IMG/VR virus record: IMGVR_UViG_3300030329_001842
Location: 1 to 56,188 of that record
Length of the DNA stretch: 56,188 nt
Reading direction: 5' to 3' (one strand)
Origin: a virus
Taxonomy: Duplodnaviria; Caudoviricetes
Shown here: positions 47,575-55,995 of the stretch, piece after piece
Layout: every line of letters starts with the position of its first letter
Position numbering within the stretch: position 1 is the first letter of the stretch
Position numbers and translations under genes: made by a program
Notes under the pieces: generated by a model
The model's input: only the letters and a program-made list of their open reading frames with translations
What the model was told of the DNA's origin: nothing
Database searches by the model: none

Positions 47575-48191
47575 TATAACGATTCCACCATTTCATCCAT
47601 TGAAGGTTTCTTATCCCATAAATTTATAGCTATAGCATATCTTTTACCTTTAGTAATCTCAGTTACAGCGTGTAGTTTACCTGCATCGAATATAACCAAT
47701 CTATTAGGAACTGGTGCTATAAGTTCATAAGGAGCTGTTAAATCCATCTCATGAGTATCATATACTTTCAAATAACCACCTTCACACTGCGGCTCACCCA
47801 TAGGAGGGTAGTAGACAGTTCCTAATTTAGGACTAATTACTTCTCCCTTTTCATGCCACTTAGCTTCATCTTTATCAAAGTGATGGTTTAATGCATATCC
47901 ATTGTTTATAGCATCACCGTTTGTTATTATTTTATCTTTTGATAATATACCAGTCCAATGTTCAAAACCTTCTAAATCAGTTCCTACTAATTGTGGGGGA
48001 CAGTTGTATCTCCATATAGTTTCTATCAACTCATGTCTAACATCCATAGGATAGTTACTATTCCACCATCCACTCCACCATCTATATCCTTCTTTCCAAA
48101 AATCTTCATCTTTTTGAATTTTAGAAAGTAATTCTTTATCTTGTATAAAGTCATCTATTATTATCATCGGTAATGGTCTCCTCCTACCCAT
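47574..48191 (-). CDS. 2OG-Fe(II) oxygenase (prolyl-hydroxylase-like)
   Basis: HFD, EGG.L, PNRLVIFD..LHAV, KRYAIAIN; real start may be MIIIDDF. Confidence 0.8.
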   Translation of the reverse strand: MGRRRPLPMIIIDDFIQDKELLSKIQKDEDFWKEGYRWWSGWWNSNYPMDVRHELIETIWRYNCPPQLVGTDLEGFEHWTGILSKDKIITNGDAINNGYALNHHFDKDEAKWHEKGEVISPKLGTVYYPPMGEPQCEGGYLKVYDTHEMDLTAPYELIAPVPNRLVIFDAGKLHAVTEITKGKRYAIAINLWDKKPSMDEMVESL

Positions 48192-48802
48192 AATACAAGT
48201 GACTCACGAGTACCTTTAGTTACTTCAGTTACTCTATGCATCATATAAGAAGGGAATATAACTACAGTTCCTTTACCACGTGGTGCGTTAAGAGATGATT
48301 GCCCTCTCCATAATTGTAGTTCTCCTCCTTCATAATCATCACCATCAGTTAATTGAACTGTAAGACTGACTTTTCTTTGTCTTTGCATACCTGCACCACA
48401 ATCCATGTGCCAATCATAGTGTCCACCACCTTCTCTATATATAGTATGTTGTATAGCATCTCTACCATGAGATAGGTTAAAATTCCATACGTTTCTGTTA
48501 GCTTCTTCTACCATGGTCCATAATTTCTTATATAACCATATAAAATCATCACCGTGATGTACTGTATCACCATCAGTATAAGGTTGGTTTCCATTTAACC
48601 ATCTTATCTCTGATTTCCTGAATACTTCACTAGTACTACCATCTTTACCAGTTTTTCCTACTTGTGGAGGAACTTTCTCCGCTTCTTCTTGTATTAGTTT
48701 TATTTCTTCATCTGTAAATGCGTTTTCGAAATAATAATATTCTGCCATATTAACATGGCTCTCATCTATCGCATCTACCCATATCGTTGCTTTATCTATC
48801 AT
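48164..48802 (-). CDS. 2OG-Fe(II) oxygenase (P4H/PKHD-like)
   Basis: RKS, HYDWHMD, RKVSLTVQL, YEGGEL, FPSYMMHRVTEVTKGTRESLV. Confidence 0.88.
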   Translation of the reverse strand: MIDKATIWVDAIDESHVNMAEYYYFENAFTDEEIKLIQEEAEKVPPQVGKTGKDGSTSEVFRKSEIRWLNGNQPYTDGDTVHHGDDFIWLYKKLWTMVEEANRNVWNFNLSHGRDAIQHTIYREGGGHYDWHMDCGAGMQRQRKVSLTVQLTDGDDYEGGELQLWRGQSSLNAPRGKGTVVIFPSYMMHRVTEVTKGTRESLVLWVGGDHYR

Positions 48803-49358
48803 TCTTTACCTCGTTAAAGAAGAATGTCTGGAATAATCTTCCATCTTGCATATCTTCTCCAAAATATTCATCTGCTGCATGCCATAAATCTCCTCTAAAG
48901 ATTATAGCTCTATTAAATACATTAGACACTACATCTTCTCGTGTCCATTTATCATAATTATCACCATCTTCTTCTATCTTTGCTCCGTCATTATCACTAT
49001 ACATACGTGAGCCTGTTTCTTTATGCTTATAAAAGGAAGTTCCTGAATTATATACTGGTTCAGGGTGTAAATAAACTATACAAGACCAGTCAGTGTGATG
49101 GTCTGAATGTACCCATGTATTGGTTCCTTCAGTTACAAACTGATATGAACCTGTATATTCTCCTAATTTCCAGTGCATTTCATCTATTTCTATACCTAAT
49201 ATACGTTCTAAATGCTCTCTAACACCTCCACCTACGAAGGTTTCTGTTCTAGTTCCGGGATAATTCCCACTTACTTTGAATTTCTGACTTAAAGCGAATT
49301 CTCTAATTCCTTCAGGGTCGTCATAAAATCCATCTACTACTACTATTTCTTTTCTCAT
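48792..49358 (-). CDS. 2OG-Fe(II) oxygenase-like protein (DUF6445-like)
   Basis: VDGFYDDP, YPGTRT, WVHSD, IVYL, GTSFY, NVFNR, WHAA, RLFQTFF. Confidence 0.75.
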   Translation of the reverse strand: MRKEIVVVDGFYDDPEGIREFALSQKFKVSGNYPGTRTETFVGGGVREHLERILGIEIDEMHWKLGEYTGSYQFVTEGTNTWVHSDHHTDWSCIVYLHPEPVYNSGTSFYKHKETGSRMYSDNDGAKIEEDGDNYDKWTREDVVSNVFNRAIIFRGDLWHAADEYFGEDMQDGRLFQTFFFNEVKNDR

Positions 49359-49966
49359 TACGTCTCCTTTTTAACAAATGAAACTATAATATATCGAGTT
49401 CCTTTTGTTGTTGGTCTTCCACCATGTCTATGCGTTACACTTGGGAATAGAGTGCAATATCCTGCTTTAGGATTTGCTAGTGTTTGTTGTCTTGGGAACC
49501 AAGTTCCTCCACCTTCAAAGTCTGTATTTAATCCCACTGTAAAGGTATAATCAGCATGGTCATGGTGTATATCCAAGGCTGATTGGTCTGTATCTTTATA
49601 TCTTGCAATAAAGTCTTCTGAGGTAGCTCTTGTCCAAGATGTACCTTCTAATCCCCATATGTGTCTTGCTATAGGGTGACAATATTGATTTAATACATAA
49701 TCATACATATCTTTTAATTTTAAATCGTCTAATAATATATCTGTGGTTGGGTAAAACTTATGTCTTGCTGTAGTCCACTCTCCTTCTTTCTCAGCATGTT
49801 CTATGACTAAATTACAAAATTCTTCTGTGAACAGAGGAAATCTATAAATTTCAGGTCCTATTTTTTCGACGACTAAGTCCCATTGTTTATCTCTGGTTCC
49901 TCTAGCAATCATTTTCTTAGACCATGCTTCTCCGTCTAACTTATATGCTTGTAATTTTGGGTTCAT
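49358..49966 (-). CDS. stand-alone PLOD-like lysyl hydroxylase catalytic domain
   Basis: PEIYRFPLFTEEFC, YPTTDI, FIARY...Q..L..HHD..YT..VGLN..FEGGG..F, THRHGG.PTTKGTRYIIVSFV, matching the C-terminal domain of procollagen-lysine hydroxylases. Confidence 0.82.
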   Translation of the reverse strand: MNPKLQAYKLDGEAWSKKMIARGTRDKQWDLVVEKIGPEIYRFPLFTEEFCNLVIEHAEKEGEWTTARHKFYPTTDILLDDLKLKDMYDYVLNQYCHPIARHIWGLEGTSWTRATSEDFIARYKDTDQSALDIHHDHADYTFTVGLNTDFEGGGTWFPRQQTLANPKAGYCTLFPSVTHRHGGRPTTKGTRYIIVSFVKKET

Positions 49967-50769
49967 TTTACTGCTCCATCAGGTAAACCTGTATCACTGC
50001 CTACAATATTGAATTCTCTTTGTTGAACGATGTCAGGATTTACTGCAAATGCATTTAGGGTGGGAGGGTATTTAAAGCTTACGTCTGGACGTGGATGTTC
50101 TGTATATGTAGAACATAAAAATTCGTCTGCTGGTATTATACCTTTATGTACATTATATTTTCTTATTTTCTTTATACCTGATTTAGATAACACATATCCA
50201 TATGTACAATATGAAAAATTAGGTTTAACTAGATTTTTAGCTACTCGTTTCTCAGGAATTACTTGTGCTACTCTTCCAAGATATAATAAATCCCAGTCTT
50301 CTTCCATTACTTCTAATGTATCAATAGCTATATCTCTCTGTAGTTCCATACTACTATCAAAGACAGCATCATCCTCTAGTATAGTAACAGGTCCATCACA
50401 ATCATTCCATATTGCCCAATGACTTAATGTACAACCTATTTCACCTTTAGTTAACGGTCTTGACCACCATTTAGCCCAAGCTGAATCTATAGATAGTGCT
50501 TCACCTTCATCCATTTCCCAGTCAAATAGTTTAAAATTATTTTCTTTTAGATATTCATCTGTTATTTCGTCACCGACTCTATTATGTTCCCAATGTGTAG
50601 TCCACTCTACCCGCAAATCTGGAGCAGTATGACCTTGTTCATTTATTCGGTGTGATTTATCATTACCTTCATCATCTGTGTATATCTCAAATCCATTTTC
50701 TCTTAACATTAAATCCATAAGGTGTCTTCTATCTTCTCTGGTTTTTATATTTATAACATAAGTTTTCAT
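49963..50769 (-). CDS. GT25 glycosyltransferase, COLGALT (procollagen galactosyltransferase)-like
   Basis: YVINIKTREDRR, RPLTKGEIGCTLSHWAIW, ILEDD, WDLLYLGR, PNFSYCTYGY, IIPADEFL. Confidence 0.82.
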   Translation of the reverse strand: MKTYVINIKTREDRRHLMDLMLRENGFEIYTDDEGNDKSHRINEQGHTAPDLRVEWTTHWEHNRVGDEITDEYLKENNFKLFDWEMDEGEALSIDSAWAKWWSRPLTKGEIGCTLSHWAIWNDCDGPVTILEDDAVFDSSMELQRDIAIDTLEVMEEDWDLLYLGRVAQVIPEKRVAKNLVKPNFSYCTYGYVLSKSGIKKIRKYNVHKGIIPADEFLCSTYTEHPRPDVSFKYPPTLNAFAVNPDIVQQREFNIVGSDTGLPDGAVK

Positions 50770-51356
50770 TTCCAGCTCTCCTCATCATATCCTGTTAATT
50801 TAAATAATCTTTTAAGGTATTTATTAGCAAGTATATTATCTACTAATTCTTGATTCCAATACTGTTTCCAACCACCTTCTACTAACCTTTGTCTACCCTT
50901 TCCTAACACATCATAATCAGGTGTATTGATTGTAAAGAAAAGTTCATCTCCTAATTCTTCTGCCTTTTCTTTTAATTCTGGTATTTCCATTAAAGAACCA
51001 TACATATCATCACATTTAATAAAATAATCAGGAGTAAAACCATCTTCTTCCCATTGTTTAACTTGTTTCATCAATTCTAGATTCATCAAATTATTCTTTA
51101 AATAATCATCAAAGTTATCTAATTGCTTATGGTCAAATAATACAGCAGTTATCCATTCATAAGGATTCCTTGTATTTACTATTTTTTTATATCCATCCTT
51201 AAAGGAGTTGTTATCGTAGTTATTTCTTCTACCTCCAGCTCCCTTTTTGGTAGGCATATCAAATAAATTAGTAAAAGCCCAGAACATAGTAGCACTGCCA
51301 TTTGCTCCTATCCCCCACCAGTGTATCTTATATTCGTCTGATGTAATCATACCCAT
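50766..51356 (-). CDS. divergent sulfotransferase-like protein
   Basis: GANGSAT (5'-PSB-like), TRNPYEW, WKQYWNQEL, FKLTGY. Confidence 0.55.
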   Translation of the reverse strand: MGMITSDEYKIHWWGIGANGSATMFWAFTNLFDMPTKKGAGGRRNNYDNNSFKDGYKKIVNTRNPYEWITAVLFDHKQLDNFDDYLKNNLMNLELMKQVKQWEEDGFTPDYFIKCDDMYGSLMEIPELKEKAEELGDELFFTINTPDYDVLGKGRQRLVEGGWKQYWNQELVDNILANKYLKRLFKLTGYDEESWK

Positions 51357-53566
51357 TCCATTAAACTTTGTTGACTTCTATCTAATAAAGTTAGAGGTGG
51401 TTTTTTCTTAACATAATGTGCCAACCCAAACTTATCTAATAGTTTAGTAACAATGTTCCAATAATAAGAAACATCTAAATCAGTTTTAGACTTAACAAGT
51501 TCTTTAATCCTATACCCATCTTTAGTTTTATAATATTCATAAGTAGTTCTTATCTCTGGTTGTATACCTACTTCTATACCCTGTTTTACGAGTGGTATCA
51601 TCATATCCGTTTCAGATTTATAATCTTCGAATTTCCTATTTAACGTTCTCCTTTGTATGAACGTCTCCATTGGTAAATCATCAAAATTATATAATTCGTC
51701 AATAAACGTATTTGTAACTCTATTATCTAACCTTGCATCTATAAGTCTATTTAAGATAGATTTATAAAACTTACTTCTGGTAGAAGCTTTAAAAGTCGAG
51801 CCGTGCTTTGTAATAGAACCATCCTCGTTACGAAGTACATAATTACCAATTTGTATCCATATTCCTTCTCTAAATACATCTTTATCTAGTGATATCCAAT
51901 TTGATTCTGTGTTAGGTATGGTGGCTTCTAGTATCAAACGTAGTCTTTTCGTTAACCAGTCTACGTCAATATCACAATTAGTATTGATACCATCAGTGTG
52001 GCAATAAACCACAGCCTTATCTCCATATTTCTTCCTGATGAGTTCGATTCCCGTAGTAAGTAAAAACCTAGCAACCGCAGTAATTGTAATACCAACAGAC
52101 ATATCACCGTAGTTGAGGTAAGGGTTTGTATTAGCTCCATAGAATGTATTCACCATAATCTTTAACGCATTGGACTTACTATCTCCTTCTTTTGTCCCCA
52201 TTTCTTTAAATGGTTTCCTTAATTCTGTAAATTGTTTACACATATCATATAGACAACTGCGTTTAGTATTGTCTATCGAAACCTTCACTCTCTTACCTAT
52301 CCTATTGTCAGGTATATAAAGGTTTCCATTTTTATACTCTAATTTGTCACTATATTCATCATATCCAACTATTTTAGTAGTATCAGGGCCTAAATTTAAG
52401 GCCATAGCTATAGAAGGATAGAATGATGCGAAATCCACTTTAATATTTTTAGCGTGGAATCCGGGTTCAAATAAATCAATATAAGCTGCTTGAAAATTAC
52501 CTTTGTCAGACTTATATATCTCAGGGTGTCTATCTCTATTAATGTCAGTAGTTACTATCTGTTCTTTAAACAACGCTCTACCTTGTAGAATCTTTGTAAC
52601 ATATGAACTAGGTGCGTTGATATACGTGTCTAACGGCACACCTATAAATTCAGCTGTGAACTCCAGTCTTGGATAGTAGTGGTCAAATAGATACTTTGTA
52701 CAATCTACATCAGACAGGACATAATCGTGGATTTCAGATAAGCTGTAATCCAGTAAATCTTTTTCACTAAAGTCTAATTCAATAGGCTCTAGTCCAAAAT
52801 ATCTACTGACAGGCTTAAGACCACGTGGTAATCCTGAAAGGGCATAATCAAGGCGAGTATGTCTTAATAAATCAAGAACTACTCTCCCTCCTGCACGCAT
52901 TCGTAGGTCGTCAGAATCTCTCTGAGGTTGCCAACCATAGTCTGACCCATCACGATTCAATAATTTCTTATAGTTTCGTATGCCATGATAGGCTGCACGA
53001 TATAGAATCTGAGGGATATCATAACCTACAAGGTTATATCCATAGATTATATCTGGGTCATAGTCTTTAACAAACTTAGCAAAGTCCATTAAGACTTGTT
53101 TATCATCTTCTCCATCCCATAGATAGACTTCACGTTCTCCGGTTGAAGTGACAATCCCGATTGCCACTACGGGGTAGTTTTCCCCGAAGGGAAACGACCC
53201 GTCGGGACTATGAGTCTCTATATCAAAACAGAGAGATTTCACAGGTTGGTCATTAGCGAATTCATAAAAATAATCTGGATGCTCTATTAAGAGTCTATCC
53301 ATAATTTGTTCTCTACCTCCATCAAGCATTAGGCTCGATGGAAGCTCTTCACCGGCTCTATAATACTCCTTTCGCAGCAAGATAGAGCCTTCTTTGCCTG
53401 TTCTATTATATTGTTTGCCTGTTTCTGCATCAGGCACATAACAGTAAGGCTTATATGGTACAACATGGCTTTCTTTCTTACCATTACGCCACATTATACT
53501 TTGTAAATTACCAGTCTCAAGATTAACAGTGTTGGGACTACATATCCCTATAAGTGGAACTTTCAA
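51347..53566 (-). CDS. polB: family B DNA polymerase with proofreading exonuclease
   Basis: ExoI FDIET, ExoII YNLVGYD, ExoIII YVLSD, motif A DFASFYPS, motif B KIMVNTFYG, motif C YCHTDG. Confidence 0.92.
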   Translation of the reverse strand: MKVPLIGICSPNTVNLETGNLQSIMWRNGKKESHVVPYKPYCYVPDAETGKQYNRTGKEGSILLRKEYYRAGEELPSSLMLDGGREQIMDRLLIEHPDYFYEFANDQPVKSLCFDIETHSPDGSFPFGENYPVVAIGIVTSTGEREVYLWDGEDDKQVLMDFAKFVKDYDPDIIYGYNLVGYDIPQILYRAAYHGIRNYKKLLNRDGSDYGWQPQRDSDDLRMRAGGRVVLDLLRHTRLDYALSGLPRGLKPVSRYFGLEPIELDFSEKDLLDYSLSEIHDYVLSDVDCTKYLFDHYYPRLEFTAEFIGVPLDTYINAPSSYVTKILQGRALFKEQIVTTDINRDRHPEIYKSDKGNFQAAYIDLFEPGFHAKNIKVDFASFYPSIAMALNLGPDTTKIVGYDEYSDKLEYKNGNLYIPDNRIGKRVKVSIDNTKRSCLYDMCKQFTELRKPFKEMGTKEGDSKSNALKIMVNTFYGANTNPYLNYGDMSVGITITAVARFLLTTGIELIRKKYGDKAVVYCHTDGINTNCDIDVDWLTKRLRLILEATIPNTESNWISLDKDVFREGIWIQIGNYVLRNEDGSITKHGSTFKASTRSKFYKSILNRLIDARLDNRVTNTFIDELYNFDDLPMETFIQRRTLNRKFEDYKSETDMMIPLVKQGIEVGIQPEIRTTYEYYKTKDGYRIKELVKSKTDLDVSYYWNIVTKLLDKFGLAHYVKKKPPLTLLDRSQQSLMEWV

Positions 53567-53766
53567 TCTTTCACCTCCAGTTCTACTCCTAAAAGTTTTT
53601 CAAGTCTACCTAATTGAACTCCAAGAGCATTTATAGTTTTATCGAATCTTTTTACCATACCTAATAATGCCTTTTCATCCATTTGTCTTCTATGGACAGC
53701 ATTTATCTTTTTAGTTAATTCACCTATTTTATATATATGAGCCCAAAATACCTTCTCAGTGCTCAT
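53563..53766 (-). CDS. small coiled-coil protein
   Basis: ORF track; ATGA overlap. Confidence 0.6.
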   Translation of the reverse strand: MSTEKVFWAHIYKIGELTKKINAVHRRQMDEKALLGMVKRFDKTINALGVQLGRLEKLLGVELEVKD

Positions 53767-53891
53767 TTTGTTATTCTCTCAACTATTTTCTCTAATAAGT
53801 CTACAATTAGACCTATTTGTGCTTGTATTTCATCTAACTTCCTGTTAGACGTTCTATTACTTCTTACTTTTCCATTGTCGTTTCCAACCAT
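53763..53891 (-). CDS. small hypothetical protein (42 aa)
   Basis: MVGNDNGKVRSNRTSNRKLDEIQAQIGLIVDLLEKIVERITK; AGGAG SD; ATGA overlap. Confidence 0.5.
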   Translation of the reverse strand: MVGNDNGKVRSNRTSNRKLDEIQAQIGLIVDLLEKIVERITK

Positions 53892-54088
53892 TTCTCTTGC
53901 TCCTTTTTCAAACAGTATATCTTATAACACTCCTCACATCTATATGTCTGGAATGTTTTAGAATATATGTATTCATTACATTCATCTCCTATACATTTCA
54001 ATTTCTTAGCTCCTGTTTTACCGTCACAATTACAGTTGTGGTGACCGTATTCACAGTTGCAAATCCAGAAGTTCGTTACTTTATCCAT
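53864..54088 (-). CDS. Cys-rich zinc-binding protein (74 aa)
   Basis: CNC..HHNCNC...C...C...CEEC; ATG at 54088 preferred over the track start. Confidence 0.55.
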   Translation of the reverse strand: MDKVTNFWICNCEYGHHNCNCDGKTGAKKLKCIGDECNEYIYSKTFQTYRCEECYKIYCLKKEQEKWLETTMEK

Positions 54089-54336
54089 AAATAATATCCT
54101 ATTACTATCAAACAACATATATTACCCAGAGTATATAAAGCTATCGTTGCCCAATCTATGTCCTTTTTCTTATTTTTAACCACTTTAGCTTTAGTTGTCT
54201 TAACTTGATAATGTGGTATTGCGTTCCAACACTCATCACATAGATATGCTCTAACGTGGGGTGCGTCGCTGGTATAGTGGGTGCGACACCTGTTACAGTT
54301 GTGCCACATAACTTTATAATAATCTGGTTTACTCAT
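54076..54336 (-). CDS. zinc-finger protein with C-terminal TM
   Basis: CNRC...CDEC and a hydrophobic C-terminus. Confidence 0.6.
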   Translation of the reverse strand: MSKPDYYKVMWHNCNRCRTHYTSDAPHVRAYLCDECWNAIPHYQVKTTKAKVVKNKKKDIDWATIALYTLGNICCLIVIGYYLWIK

Positions 54337-54934
54337 TCCTTTCTGCTACTCCTAAATATGCAGCGTTGGCTTTAAAGATAGGACCACGTAATTCTTCAGG
54401 GATATAGTGGATACCTTCCATGCCTTCTTCTAGGTTCTCTTTGAATAGACGTATGTATATATCATGATTAGCACTTATATACTCATATCCCTTTTCTAAG
54501 TCTTCTTCATAATCTCTTACGAAGTTAATAATCTGATATGCTCTTCCTAATGCTCTTGCATAGTAATCAGCTTCAGGTGGACAACCTAATATACGTGCCA
54601 TCATACATCCTACTGACTCAGAAGAACCTTTACAGTATTCTAACATAGATACCATTGTGTGTTTCTTCTTATGTAAGTCTGTAAACATAGCATGATGGAA
54701 ATCTTCTAACCATTCTCCTTTAAATTCATACTTAGCACTAACTTCGTGAAATGCCTCAATAACCATTCTATATTGTTTGAAGTCATCGTCGTAATTAACT
54801 CCTTCTACCATTTCATCTATCACTCTGAGATAAGCATATAACTTATATATATCCTTTCTTATCTCATCAGGCCATTCTTCTACACATGCAAAGAATGTAG
54901 TGCTATACTCTTCCATTATGTCTTTACTACTCAT
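54329..54934 (-). CDS. crtB: phytoene/squalene synthase family protein (201 aa, start MSSKDIM)
   Basis: YSTTFF, IYKLYAYLRVIDEMVE, EYCKGSSESVG, ARALGRAYQIINFVRDYEED...Y. Confidence 0.78.
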   Translation of the reverse strand: MSSKDIMEEYSTTFFACVEEWPDEIRKDIYKLYAYLRVIDEMVEGVNYDDDFKQYRMVIEAFHEVSAKYEFKGEWLEDFHHAMFTDLHKKKHTMVSMLEYCKGSSESVGCMMARILGCPPEADYYARALGRAYQIINFVRDYEEDLEKGYEYISANHDIYIRLFKENLEEGMEGIHYIPEELRGPIFKANAAYLGVAERNE

Positions 54935-55203
54935 CCTGCTGGTCCCGGCTTTGATAGCTCTTCTTCTCCTTCTTCCATTTCCTCGAAGTATCCATACGCT
55001 TCCATTTGTTGTATCAGTGCCATACAATCTTGTATAGAAACAGCCCATGCCATATGCATAAGTTGTTCATCGGTCATTTCCGCACCTATAATAGGACTGG
55101 CACCTTCCTTTATCTGTTGCTGGTGATACATCCAACATGAGTGTAATAACTGCACCCATCTTTCTCTTTCTTCGGTTTTAGTATTATCTATTATCCCCGT
55201 CAC
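54931..55203 (-). CDS. hypothetical protein
   Basis: ORF track; ATGA overlap with the synthase start. Confidence 0.55.
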   Translation of the reverse strand: MTGIIDNTKTEERERWVQLLHSCWMYHQQQIKEGASPIIGAEMTDEQLMHMAWAVSIQDCMALIQQMEAYGYFEEMEEGEEELSKPGPAG

Positions 55204-55495
55204 CTTTCAATACTCCTCTTTCTTTTCTATCAGTGAGTTTTAAGTAGTTCTCATGTAATACTTCTACTAGTGTCATGTCATACATATCAAATAGTCTTGC
55301 CATATACCACATTACATCACCGAGTTCTCCACGAATCTCTTTATACTTATCTCCATCTCCACGAACTTGTTTCTTGTATTTACCCAATACTTCTCCAACT
55401 TCGTTTGCTAAACCTATCATTAGGTATTCTTCTTCTTTTTCTTTAGGGTAAACAGCTGTTTCCCTTGTCCATTTTTTATATGTTTCAAAATCCAT
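55184..55495 (-). CDS. mazG: MazG-like NTP pyrophosphohydrolase
   Basis: GLANEVGEV..KYKK...ELGDVMWY...N..KL.DR..RGVL.GDGDNR. Confidence 0.9.
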   Translation of the reverse strand: MDFETYKKWTRETAVYPKEKEEEYLMIGLANEVGEVLGKYKKQVRGDGDKYKEIRGELGDVMWYMARLFDMYDMTLVEVLHENYLKLTDRKERGVLKGDGDNR

Positions 55496-55669
55496 CTATA
55501 TCTCCAAATCTCTATATTCATCAGCTGATAGAAAACCTGATAATGTTCCTCTACCTGCTATGTTTCTTCTCATATATCTCAGGAAGTCTATTGTAACTTC
55601 TAATCCTTTATCTTCTAAGTCTTCGTTTATACATTGTAAATGCCATATTAAATCTTCTATCACTATCAT
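55496..55669 (-). CDS. small hypothetical protein (57 aa)
   Basis: MIVIEDLIWHLQCINEDL...; GAGGAG SD; abuts both neighbours. Confidence 0.55.
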   Translation of the reverse strand: MIVIEDLIWHLQCINEDLEDKGLEVTIDFLRYMRRNIAGRGTLSGFLSADEYRDLEI

Positions 55670-55995
55670 ATAACTAACTCCTCTGGTACCATATCTCTAC
55701 GATATAACCAGTTTCTTTCTGCGGGTAGATACCTATATACTAGGTCAGCCTTTATATCTGTTTGCACGGGCCAAGGCTTTATCAATATTAAATCATTGAC
55801 TCTACACCACATTCTACGTTTGAGTTTGCCCGGAATTCTTATCATACGATTATTACCATCTTCACATAGAGCAGACATACGTGAACCACCTTGCATTTCT
55901 CTGATGACAGCAAATTGCATGTCACCACGTGGTAGTTTACCTGCTCTTTTCTCTGTGCTTCCAGCTTTTGATTTCTTCAACTTCTTCTTTCCCAT
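55666..55995 (-). CDS. eif1a: archaeal translation initiation factor 1A (aIF-1A)
   Basis: FAVIREMQGGSRM...CEDG..RMIRIPGKLKRRMWCRVNDLILIKPWPVQTD.KADLVYRY; start MGKKK after GGAG. Confidence 0.9.
   Translation of the reverse strand: MGKKKLKKSKAGSTEKRAGKLPRGDMQFAVIREMQGGSRMSALCEDGNNRMIRIPGKLKRRMWCRVNDLILIKPWPVQTDIKADLVYRYLPAERNWLYRRDMVPEELVI

Noticed and set aside
54935-55048. N-terminal extension of the phytoene synthase given by the ORF track
   Set aside because: Overlaps 54931..55203 in another frame; the family motif starts at MSSKDIM with an ATGA junction
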